64,000 nt of DNA from Takakia lepidozioides (taxonomy: Eukaryota > Plantae > Bryophyta), in contig CM060733.1 of the NCBI GenBank assembly GCA_030704615.1, positions 24,490,001 through 24,554,000 of the forward strand. Direction: 5' to 3'. This document shows positions 1 through 11,925 of the stretch, piece by piece. The position numbers and the translations under genes were made by a program. The notes beneath the pieces are model-generated. The model did no database searches, was not told the DNA's origin, and saw only the letters and a list, made by a program, of their open reading frames with translations. How positions within the stretch are numbered: the first letter of the stretch is position 1; each line of letters opens with the position of its first letter.

Positions 1-3000
1 CTTGACCTCAGAGTTAATCCCTCTGCAGTGTATAAATTTAGTGAGACTCAGCGCTTTGCCCTTGCCAACTTTCTGGATATGTGGAAGAGAGATAGAAAGA
101 CGCACCAACAGAAGTGTGTGACCACTGTCCTTGAAGTAGCGGACCCGGCATCCTGGTATTATTTTCTTTAACCTTTCAGCCTCGTCTTTACTTGGCAACA
201 TCTGGTCCTTCCCACTGCAAAACATGTTCAAGGAATTCTTAAGGAAAAGGTTGGAATAAAAGGAAAAACCACCAATTTTCGAGCCCTTTGGCTCTGCCTG
301 CTTCTCAGAAGAGTGTCTCTACTTCCTGTTGCGTTTTACCACTTCTGACTAGGATGAAGGAACATTGTCAGTTCCTCAGACTGGTTTACAAATATCAGTC
401 TACACCCTGATTTGGTCATGTTTGTACACAATTGGGCTGAGATGGCTCAATAACTTGCATTCCCCCTCTAAAGCTGGTAAGTGGGGATTCTTCCTTGGGC
501 CGACCTTGCAAGCACAAGGACTTCGGCTCTGATAGCATGTAATCGTGAGTTGGTGTAGAGGGCTGCAGCATGAAGCGTCTTCAGTTTCCAAAGCAGTGTC
601 TCCTTGGGCATCACATCTGCCAGAATCTGTACAGGACATGACTCACCAGGTAAATGATCAGCCAGAAGCCTCTCTTTACAGTTAAGTTGATCAAAGGAAT
701 CTGTCATTGCTCCACAATGATATCTACATGGACCTGTCTCTCCATGATGTCTTGTTCCGCCTATATCCTTTGCACTGGCAATGAGTATCAGATTTTCAGC
801 ATATTGTCACTGGCCCTTACCTCTCTATGCACATTTCAAAGGAACAAGCTGATTCTATCCTGATCATTGTGGGTACGTGAAAAGAGGGGATGCTAGAGGC
901 ACAAGGGAGAGAGACCGATAGAGTTGGCAAGAGGGAGAGAAGAGACGAGCGAAGTTGTTCTGCTCTCTCCAGAGGGGAAGCATTCCTCTGAACTTTTGCT
1001 TCCGCCATACGCAAAGGATCCCCTGCATATGCACATCAAACCAGTCTATTTCTTATCAGACCAAGAGTATTTTTTGAGGTCAGTCATACATATTGCTTTA
1101 CAGAGTAACATGCCAAATTCGTCATCTGGGTTTAAGCATCTGCAAGTGAAAATACATCCCAACATGATCTCAGAACAGTAAAGCAAAATATGCTTAGTGA
1201 GGGTCAGGAATTACCCAATATAAAGCTGAGAAGATACGGAACAGAGGAGTAAACATCTGATGGCAATGCGTACACCAAAGGAAACAAGGGCTGGAGCTGT
1301 GACCTATCGAATGACGTAGCTGATTCTCCTCCACAACATCAAAGTTATCAGTCCAGTGTGCAAAACCTCACCTTTCTTTCTTTTGCTGCCTCTTAAAGAT
1401 AGAAGGCTATGGTAAGCCAACATTCGCAGGGAACAGCATGAGTAAATTCAACGACGGAAGGGTGAAAACCCCAGAAATGAGAAAACCTATGCACAAAAAG
1501 AAGGCAATCGTGTCTTTGAGCTTCCTGAATTTCCTTTCTTTCTTTCTCTTCTTTATGCTCTTTTGCGAGGGAAGGGGTAAGACCTTGATCAAATGTAATC
1601 AGAAAATCTCATTGAAAAAAACTTGAGCAAACATTAGAGACTGTGTGTGTCTCTTTCTCTCTGTGGACATTTAAAAGTTCTTCTCTTTGGCCTCCCACAA
1701 CAGGAACAATCTCTCTCTCGGTCTCTCTGATAAACATCCTTTCTGTGTCTAAGAAGCAAACAATCTCTAATATCGATACATGGTGCTAGTCATCCAAGAG
1801 TACCTGGAGGATGTATAACTTACCAGGGTTGGCAAGGACTAAAATCAAGTCTAGTTTAGGGTTGCGCGCCGCAATAGACAGGGCCAAAGCTCCACCAAAG
1901 GAATCACCCATTAAATATATAGGGCTAGATGGCCGGCGCTCCCTCTCTGCTAACACCGTTTCTTCCACCAGTCTTAACAGGCCTGACAATAATTGTCAAA
2001 CACAGTCAGCTGTACATCCTACACTTGCAAGTGAAATTCCCCACACTGACATGCCCTCAACAATACCAAGGTAAATCTAACTTTGAGTTCAACACCTTGT
2101 GATTACAACTTTGTGCAACGGCGTACCTTGGTCCACAGGGAGTTGCATGAGCATGGTGTACAAACTGAGCTGTACAAACAATTGTATCTAAACTCAAGTT
2201 TCCCGAAACATGAATTATTGTACAAAGTTTCAGCAAGGATTTAAGGTTGGAGGGCAGCAGCCAATAAACCTGTGAAAGCAGTTCGGTCATGAGCTGGGAT
2301 ATGAAGGCAACGCATCTCAAATAGCCTGCGACAGAGACAGAATAATAGGAAGGGATTCCCTGAACATCAGGAGACTTAATGAGGGTGGTTTTGATGTCTC
2401 CACAGTCTGCGGAAAAACAAGCTTTCTGTTCCCTCTGCACATATGTGCAAAGATATCTGTATGAAAAAATAGTGCAAGAAATGTAAGGGGTTTGTGTGTA
2501 CAAGAAAGTCCTTAGACACACAAAAGGGAAAAAAAAGACAAAGGGAACTGACCGCCCCAGGGATTCATGGTGTATAATAAGTCCTAGGCCGGTGCCGTCC
2601 ATGCCTACATGCCATTACATACCATTAATACATACACCCAAAATCAAACCAGGATGCCAACAGCTAACCACGCCTGACAGGCTATGGTCAGAACACAAAC
2701 ATCTCCACAAACAACTATATACAGAGAGACAAAGAGAGAGCAACAGAAGTTCCTTGACTGATTGCCAGTATGCCTAGGGGAAAACTCTACATCGCAAGAT
2801 TATGTGGCTCTCTTACTGACATATGGAAAGGAAGTGGCGGCATAAGATTGCGGGCATCACTTGGTTGCCCGGTTGCATAGTTGATTCAGACGAAAAGACA
2901 CATACACAAGGAGGAATTCGCTTCAGACCTGGAAGAAAAAGGAGGAGGGGAGCATTGATGGGTGGTGGGGGAAGGAGAGGCGAGAACCAGCGGGGCGGCC

Positions 3001-3986
3001 CTCCATCATCAGTGAGAAACACAGTCACCTATTTTACACACAATTTGTTTGACTTGAGTGAGGTGAATTTCACACAAACGGACGCCCATAATTTGCCGAT
3101 GTGAATGATGCCATTCAGAGAAGGGGAGATACAGTCTTCATTGGGCGTCTGGAAAGTAAAATCTGGGAAGCCCGGGATTAGACTTCTGCATAGCAACCTG
3201 GATGATTAGACGAATAGATTTCGACAGTTACTTAGGTGCCCAAAGCCCTCCAATATACTTTGTCTTTCTTTCATCTTCATAGCTGAAGTTCGCGAGGAAC
3301 GACCAATTTGTGTACATTCTTTCTTCCAAACAGATGCACTCATTGACTGCCGAAGTTGACTACGACGGACCTCCATAGCTTAGAATCCCAGGATAGCTAA
3401 GCTCTCCGGGGATTTTCAGAAATTCCCCAGATAGGCAGCGCAATTCAGCTACAGTGAGTGTTGATTGCAGACATCGATACGCTGTTGCTTCCAGAATTGT
3501 TGCTCCTCACTAAATATATCATCTGTTTCTCTCTCGCTCTCTATCCCCAATCCAATTTCTTAATCTAGACTGAGAGGCTAACTATGTCTCCGTGTTCTGC
3601 TTGCATTTCGGCTCCGAGTGGGGGTAATACCTGTTCCATATAGTCATGGACACTGCGAATCTGAGTTCTCCCTGGTTCCAGATCCTCTGCTATTCCTCTC
3701 CTCGGCGCCTCAACTGTGACAAAGCTCTGCCCTCGCCGTCCAAATAATGTCCCATTCTCTTTCTCCAGCTGCCCAACACTCGACTCACTGTCAGTTGCTA
3801 CCGCTGCAGGCCGCTGTCTCCGGCTTTGTGCAGATCGAATAGAAGACACATGTCTTCTCAGTCTCCTAATTCTCGTCAAACCCACATGGAGTGCAACCGA
3901 CTTGGAGCTTCCATGCGGTAATACACTTGTCTGCAACAATCCACCGTCGAGGAAAACTGGAATCCTGGACCGGCAAGCTAGATTAT

Positions 3987-3990
<4 letters not shown>
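1..3990 (-). CDS. PES1: Phytyl ester synthase / ELT esterase-lipase-thioesterase acyltransferase, plastid-type; 5' part of a spliced gene continuing off the left edge
   Basis: ATG at 3990 with a transit-peptide-like N-terminus. GT-AG exons at about 3990-3631, 3028-2929, 2605-2553, 2325-2270, 1982-1824, 1320-1215, 1022-910, 627-505 and 216-107. They give DGGPPRWFSPL, PLLLFLPGMDGTGLGLIIHH, PIYLMGDSFGG (GxSxG), DLILVLANPATSFDRSQLQP, LLWKLKTL and SGKDQMLPS...SGHTLLL, all characteristic of PES1/PES2. Confidence 0.9.

Positions 3991-4023
<33 letters not shown>
3991..4023. repeat. (CT)n / sense (GA)n microsatellite directly upstream of the PES start codon
   Basis: Uninterrupted ct run abutting the ATG. 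Confidence 0.95.
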
Positions 4024-4026
<3 letters not shown>

Positions 4027-4517
4027 CCCAAATTCCCAAATCCCAACTTGGATTGAACTATAAAGCTAAGTAGCATAGAAACAAATCAGACATGATCAAA
4101 CAATTAAGCCAGCTCTGTGGAGTGACTAGAAGTCACATCAGTAACCTGCTTGGGAGACAGACACAGAGAAGCTGGGAGGAGAAAAGAGATGAACTAGCTA
4201 AGTAGAACTACTAGTGTTGAAGGTCAGGACTGGGAACTGTGGAGAGCAGAGTGTCAGAGAGCCAGACGGCCCGGCGAGGGACACGGGCTGCAGGCGAAGA
4301 AAAGGCAAGAGACAGGAATCGACAGCGGCTCCTCGCACGTAAGTACTCAATACATATCTCTTCTGATTTTCTTAACCGCATTAAGTGGGTTCCCTTGTGG
4401 TGGCCAAGGGAAGGACCCACCGTGGAATGTGGTAGCTCGGATTTGAAACCATAACCACCTGGGTGGTGCGTTATTGTGTATGGTTGGGCGAAATTGAACC
4501 ACCCAGTGCTCGGTTAG

Positions 4518-4625
4518 ACAACTAGATGTAGCAGCGGTGCTGGGCACATACCACCTCGGAAGTGGATGTGGGTTCAATCCCACCAATTGGTGTCACAAAG
4601 GGAGCACCTTCCCGGTCGTAAGGGT
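4518..4625 (+). mobile_element. tRNA-derived SINE, family A, copy 1
   Basis: A-box-like tagcagcggt and B-box gggttcaatccc; aligns by eye with 53294-53420 (+) and 50095-50203 (-). Confidence 0.7.
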
Positions 4626-4787
4626 TGACACCGTCAAAACCTAGCTAGTGTAGTTTTGGTGGGCTTTAAGTATATGGTAATGCCTTGAGTGGAGGGCATT
4701 CCCGGATTTAAGGGCCTGACCCTAGAGGAAGGCCCGACACAAGGGGCATTACCCTGCGTAAAAAAATGGGATGATTTCCTTATCTTT

Positions 4788-5237
4788 TCATCCTTCCTTT
4801 ATGCTTTCTCCCCGCCAGTAGCTTGCCGTGAAAAAGATTTTTGAGGTAAAGATAAAGAAATATCGTAGGTGTGGAAGCTTGCGCGCTATCTCCGCAGCAA
4901 AAAGACGCTGCAGGGCGTTGGCCGCTCTGGCCCCTTCAAACGCTTGGATGCACTTTCGCCTCTGTTCCGCTTCTTCTTGCGGAGTATGGGTGGGCTTCAG
5001 ACCCTCCAACGCAGCGGTCAACTCAAACTGAGCCACCCAGTGATCAGAAGGTGTGTCGAGGACCAATTCAGGGCATTCAACCTAAGCACCAAGAGGCGGA
5101 TAATCAACTTCAACCACCAGGCTAGGATCAACCGAAGCACGCACTATGCTGGCAAAAATCGACTCAAAATGACCAGCGGGAGTTTATTTGTATGCGTTAA
5201 GCTCAGCGTCAGTTAGAGGATTAGAAGACGAGGCCAT
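4788..5237 (-). pseudogene. Decayed ~150-codon ORF (MASSSNP...), probably a TE accessory gene
   Basis: ATG at 5237 is in frame with ORF 4788..5066, and only two stops (TAA, TAG) interrupt it. Confidence 0.4.
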
Positions 5238-6844
5238 TGCCGCAGGTTACAGGAACGCAAGCAGATACTATGAAAGCCAGGAACAAGCAAAAACACGAGC
5301 GAGAACTGAAACAGTAGAGCGCCGCCATGACAACAGTGCTAGTGTACAGCTAGTTGACGTACAAGGAAGGAATGTGTAGCTAATGATTAACGAAATCCTG
5401 CCCCCCATCTCCACCAAGATTCTCGCCCACCCCGTTATTCCTCTTCCTCTAGGGGTATTGAGCTATCACGGGGATGTGTGCTCGGTAAAGCAGGCTAGCG
5501 AGATAGGCAAGATCCAATGGAGAGGAGTCAGAATCATTCACATGGACTAACAGCACATCCTCACTTACACCTTCTTCATCCAAAACTCACACACAAGTAC
5601 ACTAGGGTTTACACACCAAACGTACACCGCTGCCTTAAGCGTCGTGTTGATCTCTTTCATAAACGAAGGCCCACAATCTCATCTAACCAAGTGGCAAGCC
5701 CTGATTGGTTATTTGGATTCCATCCGGGTGTCTGTCCATATAGGACGCCACCTCATTCTATTTTAGAGATAAACTAGCTGTTAATATAAGACAATACTTA
5801 GTTTAAAAATAGATTGTTTCCAGCTAGTTTCATCCAAGCCCTTTGCCAATGGTCATCATCTAGCGTATGTTTATCCAAATGTCGAAAAGGTAGGTAGAGG
5901 GAATCTAGCCATTACAAGCCCATGGTTCCGGGGCGTAACAGGACAAGTGGGATTTTATGTGTAGGGGGAGGCCCTGCCCGAGGGCGCCCGAGGCAGGCAG
6001 CCCTTAAATTGTGGAATAACGTGAAGAGCAGCTTAGAATTTTCACTCAATCTGCAGAATGTTCCTCCAATTTGAGGGGGAGTATTTCGAGGCATATTCCT
6101 GTCGGGGAGGGACCTTGAATCAATTCTGGGCGGTTCTTTACGCTACGTACAGAACTAGGGCTGATTTCTCTTTGTAAATTTCTGCGCATTATCCAGGGTA
6201 AGAGCCCGCCCCATGATTACCAGTGCATTACACACTCGTGTAATGGTGTAATGGACGGATGCATTACACGAGTGTGTCAGGCCAAAGACAAGCTCTTGAA
6301 GGGTTGGCGGCTCTAGTGGGCTGAAGTTGACGTTCCGCAGTTCACAGTAGTTGGGGAGGTTTCTGGCGAGACTTCCTTCCGCCCAATTTACCCATTTGCG
6401 CATCGTCTGTGGGAGCTGGTAAAAGGTGGCAGTTCTCTTGTCTTGGCCAACCTGAGGCCCACCTGGAAACCTAATTACAATGTGGACATAATTTGGGATG
6501 ACCATGTTGCAGGCATTCCCGTCTCTTGCTTTCCTCATACTGTGCATGATATTTTGATTTTCCCCGCTATTGTGTTTAGACAGGAAAAATTGGGTCACTA
6601 CTTGCCTGGATTTCATGTTACTGATTATCCGGTGCATCACTGCTTGCCAAGGAGAAGCTTATCCGCTCCATTGTTCGAGTGGCTTTCTAGCTCAAAGTAG
6701 ACGAGGAACTGTGGCACTTTCTGGGTGAAGGTGTTTACATGCTTCACAAACACAGATTCATAAGTGGCTATTGCATCAAGGACTATGAGTCCAAATTGCG
6801 GCCTACCATAAGGTAACCACTTTGTTTTTAACAGACAGACTACA

Positions 6845-8844
6845 ATGCCTGTCACTACTCGGTCTGGCAAGGAGCCATGGAATGTACTAGATGAGTTGGA
6901 TGATGTGGATCTTACTGATGATGTGAAAGTTGATGGTGACACTCTTCCTGATCCTATGTCTGAAACCTTGTCTCCCGAGGAGCCACTACCAGGTGATGAT
7001 ACCAGTCTGACCCAAGGGGTCCCTCCAGCCTCTGGTAATGTGCCTAACCTCAATATTCAGGGCATTGTGATGTTATGGCTACGTTGTCTAGTTGTCCTGC
7101 TTTTATGCAGCTCTTTTTGGATAAGCAAATAGGTTCGCCCTCAGTTACCAAGCTCAAGGAGGTCCATCGTGCTCACAAACGGCCTTATCCTGACTATGAG
7201 GTAGGCCAGGACTTTGACAACTTCCTCAAATTCAATGAGCTGCCAGCTTCTACCAATATGCTTGATGCAGGAGTTATTAAACCCTCTATTCCCCCCTGGG
7301 CCAACCCCATCGTGTTGGTTGCCAAGAAAGATGGTACCACCCGTTTCTGTGTTGATTTCCGACGTCTCACTGCCCTAACCAAAAAGGATGTATATCCCTT
7401 ACCTCGCATTAATGATACTTTGGATCAACTCAATGGTGCCACTCTCTTCTCTTCCTTGGATCTTGCTGCGGGCTTTTGGCAGGTTCCACTCACAGAGTCA
7501 GCTAAGGAGAAAACTGCGTTCACCTGTAAGATGGGCCTCTTTCAGTTTGAAACCATGTCTTTTGGATTATGTAATGCCATTGCCACCTTTCAACGTCTCA
7601 TGGATGTTGTTCTAGGGAACTTGCGCTGGGAATGTGCATTGGTATATGTTGATGACATCAACGTTTACTCAGCTGACTTTGATTCTCACATGCTGGATCT
7701 CAAGCGCATTTTGTGCAGGCTTAGAGGAGCAGGCCTCAAGGTGAAAGCCAAGAAATGTGATCTGTGCATGACGGAGCTTCATTTTCTTGGCCACCTTCTC
7801 TCAGCTAAAGGCATTAGCCCTGACCCTGACTTACAATAAGTCTTTGGGTATCCAGTACTCCACTGCTTCTATGATCGTGTGACAATATTCATAATTTGAA
7901 CATCCTTCTCTGAAAATATAACTAGTGTAACAAACTTTTCTGATTGGGATTAGAGTAATCAATAGAGCTAGACGAGACAACCACTCTTCACTTCTAATCC
8001 TACATTCCCAAGGTGCTCGGCTATCTGGGAATATTCCACTCCACGTGACAAAAATTGTGTCCGTGCTTTCCTTGGGTTAGGCTCATACTATCGTCGTTTC
8101 ATTAAACACTTTGCTCACATTGCCGCTGCGCTTAATTAGTTGTTATGCAAAGATGTTCGCTATCTTTGGGGTAGGTCCCAAATCACTGCTTTTGAGAAAC
8201 TCAAAATCGCCCTCACCAGTGCACCCATTCTGGGCTTTCCTGATTTTTCATTGTCCTTTATTCTTCAGACTGATGCCTCTGACTTGGCTGTTTCAGCTAT
8301 TCTATGCCAAAAGAGAGACGACAGGGAATATGTGGTGGCCTATGCTTCTAGGCGGCTTGACAAACATGAAAAGAACTATAGCATCACTGATAAAGAGGGC
8401 CTTGCAGTCATTTTTGGGGTGAAACATTTCAGGCAGTATCTCCATGGCTGCCCCTTTGTTATTCAGACTTATCATCTTCCATTGAAGGCTCTCAAAACCC
8501 CACAAGCACTCTCGGGACGCTTGGCTCGGTGGTCACTTACTCTTCAAATGTTCGAGTACGACATTGAGTACAAGAAAGGCAAAGCCAACAGCAATGCCGA
8601 TGCTCTCACACGCACTGAGACTAAGTCCTCTGCCCCTTATGTTACCTTAGATGACCTTGCACACTGCTTACCATCTGGTGCTTCACCCTTGCCTTCTTCC
8701 TCTCCTGACGGATCCGATTTACTTGCTTTGTTTGCCACTGTTCCTTTTCTTCCACCTGATCTCATGTCTAAATGGGATTTGCTTTCCTTTCTGCTGGTTG
8801 AGGTTGGTTTAGAGTGTTGTCCTGTCACTGAGGTCATATTCTAG
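6845..8844 (+). mobile_element. Ty3/gypsy LTR retrotransposon remnant: gag start, RT and RNase H; internally deleted, no integrase seen
   Basis: Gag-like start MPVTTRSG at 6845. RT at 7075-7839 with WANPIVLVAKKDGTTRFCVDFR, LDLAAGFWQ, FGLCNA and YVDD. RNase H at 8140-8620 with TDASD, VAYASR, YSITDKEGLA and NADALTR. Contains stops and a ~180-bp insert at 7831-8009. Confidence 0.92.
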
Positions 8845-10672
8845 GTATGATATCTCTCTCTCTTCTCTGATTGAACTGTACATTTCTCCTTCTAGTTCTG
8901 GTTTTGGCATTGAATCCTCTTACAAACGGTCCAATTCCCGCGGCCCTATTCCCGCGGCCTTATTCTCTTCTTATGTCTGTAATCGTTGCCGACTATGCAG
9001 GTTCGGCAGTTGCCGAACCTGTTTTTTCCGAACCGAGGGCAAACTTCTAGGCCACATTATGATGCAGCACCTTGCACTTTTTGACATGAAAAACAGTCAA
9101 AATTAGGTCGGGAAGGGCTCTGCTCATGCTTATATGTGCTCATGCTCATGCTCATGCTCACCGCTCATGCAAAATACACACCCTGACACCTCACTTGGCA
9201 TGTGAGACCAAATGAAGTCCCAACACACAAAATACAAATATAAATATCCAAAATGTCATAGTTAACTAAAAGTAGGTAATTCTAGTTAACCATGACTAAA
9301 ACCATGACATAGCAGACCCTACTTCTAGCTACAAGGTATATTGCTTTAAGATTGGATATCTTTAAGGTGGTGAGCAGCAGCCCAGCCCATTCGTTGCATC
9401 TCTTCTTGGCATCAAGCATCAGCCCATTTGTTGTCATGTGCTTGTATCTACAGCCTAAGCCATCAATCAGCAGTGAATGTTGACATTGTAGGGTGTAGTA
9501 CTATACTCTCTTTCCCATTTTGCAAAAAGGCGGATCGTTCTTCTATGGCAGATAGTGAACGCAGCTCAAAACACAAGAATGACGATTACACTTGTGAGGC
9601 GATTTGGCAAGAGCCGTTGCTGAAGCTAATGGTGGGGGGAGAAGATGAGTCACTTACCCCAGGAGAAAAGGATGAGATTCTCACATATGAAGCCTTCCGT
9701 GCCCAAAGAATAGGCGAGAGAAAAACAGCCGGGTTGTTAGAATGGCAACAGAAGGGCAGTCCTGGATAAGTAATGCAGTCTTCACGCTTCCATACTCTAC
9801 ATGCAGGGCCTCCCCTCCTTCTTCATTGTTTGGCTCACATTCTCAGCTCCTCATTTTGCTCAAGTAACACTTGCATTGCGCTTCCCCTCGTTCGTGGCCC
9901 AACGTAGGCCTCTCCTGCGTTGCCATGGGCCAAACTCGTTGGTGTTACATAAACGACGTCCCTAGATTACAATAGCCCCTCACTAACTGCCATGTCAGCA
10001 ATCAGCAGTTGTTATGGATACTAAGGTAGTGGTTGCTTTATACCCTAGTTTTTATTTTGAAAAAAAATGACGGGTCCACATCCCATCTCCGCCACTAGAT
10101 GGACGTTGGACCGTCCGATGCAACCCGGGGACATGGACAACGTTCGCGACATGTCTTCACTTTTTCTTCTACTCACACCACACAGTCTCTCGCGTTTTTT
10201 GCATTAAGTCGCTTTTACACACTGCTGACTCCCTTCTCTTGTTACTGTTCTCCGAGTTCCTACTGTAGAGAGAAAGAGGCGCGCGCGCCGAAAGCCCGTT
10301 ATGTGTGGAATGGCCCCATTGCGAAGAAGTAGTCGTTTGAGTGCAAATACTCCTGTTCACATGGGTGGGGGGGGGAAAAGGATGTCGAGCGACTGGAGAA
10401 GAAGAACTTGGAGGAGGATAGTGCTGCGACTCACAAGTGCCGACTACTCACCAGAAAGCGAGAGCGCGGAGGAGGAGGACGTGGACAGTGCTGACAAGCT
10501 TGAGCCAGCTCGTCCACAAAATGACTCCTATCAGCGGCCTGCTAGGACTACCACCTCCACAAAGGAGGCTAACAAGATGGCGGTGGATCCCTAAGACCTC
10601 TCTTCTCTCTCTCTCTCTCTTCCAAGGTAAGTCACATTACCTTCCTACGAGTCTTCAAAACTAGTTTTTGAC

Positions 10673-11925
10673 CATGTTTAATTCTGTAAGTACGCTGGTT
10701 GGGTGGGGTGAGGGCACCTTTTTCTTCAACCTATTGCAGCATATTTTTGCCCTCTCATCAGACTCAGCCTTTTTAACCCTAAATTACTGGTTGGTTGGTG
10801 AACTTCTTCTTTGACCTTTTCAACCTGTTAAACCCATAAATTGAATGCTGGTAGGGGTTGGGTGGTTGAGGGCACCTTCTTCTTAACCTATTGCAACCGT
10901 TTGCCCTCTCATCAGACTTGTTCCCGTGAATGCATGTTGAATTCTTGTAAGTTAGATGGTTGGGTGGGTGGGTTTGACGGCACATTCTTCTTCAACTTAT
11001 TGCAGCCTGTTTTTTTTGTTGTTTTCCCTCTCTCGACTCGGCCGTGAATCGGCATGGTTGAATTCTGAAGTTACACTGAAGTTAGATGGGTTGGGTGGTG
11101 GTGAGGGCACCTTCTTCTTTGACGTAATTCCGTTATTTAGCAGCCTATTTGCAAATGGTCAAATGCAGAACTGCGGGCACTGAATGCATGTTGAATTTTT
11201 GAAGTGAAAGTCTAGCATTACTGGGTGGTGGTTGTGAGGGCACCTTCTTCTTGACGTAATGTTGCTGTGTTTTGCCCTCTCATGAGACTCGCCCTGAATG
11301 GCATGTTGAATTCGGCAAATTAGCAGGTTCCGGGTGGTCGTGAGGGCACCGTCTTCTTTGATTAGTTTGCAGCTGGTTTTTGCCCTCTCATCAGACTCAG
11401 GCCCTGAACTGCATGTTGAATTTCTGGAAGTTAGCTGGTTGGGTGGTTGGTGGTTGAGGGGGCACTTTATTTATTTGACGTATTCGCGTTTATGTTGTCG
11501 CCTCTATCAATCAAATTCGGGCCCTTGTCAAATGCATGTGAATATGCAAGTTAGCTGGCTGGGTGGGTGGTGATGAACAACCTTCTCATTGGACCTATGA
11601 CAGCTGGCTTGCCCTGTCATTAGACTCAGGCCCGAATGCATTGTTTGGAATTCTGTCAGTTAGCTGGTTTGGGCGTGGTACCTTCTGCCTTGACGTTTAT
11701 TGCACCTTTGTTTTGACCTTGTTCATGGACTCGGCCCTGGAAGAATTGTTGGCTTAGAAAACCCCGGACAGTTTAGTTTTCAGAGAGAGGGAGGGAGTCA
11801 GCTGCAATACAGCTTGGTTTTATCATGGGTTTTTCAATTACAACAGTGGGTACAGATAGGCTTACCCCCACTGAGTTTAAATTCAGTCTACTTTGCCCTC
11901 TCATCAGACTCGGCCCTGAATGCAT
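10673..11925. repeat. Degenerate tandem array of about 9-10 units of ~110 bp
   Basis: Recurring blocks tgcatgttgaattct / gttagctggttgggtgg / tgagggcaccttcttc / tttgccctctcatcagactcggccctgaa. Confidence 0.85.

Noticed and set aside
10673-11925. CRISPR-like array
   Set aside because: Eukaryotic context, whole units are mutually homologous with no unique spacers, and no cas genes are present.
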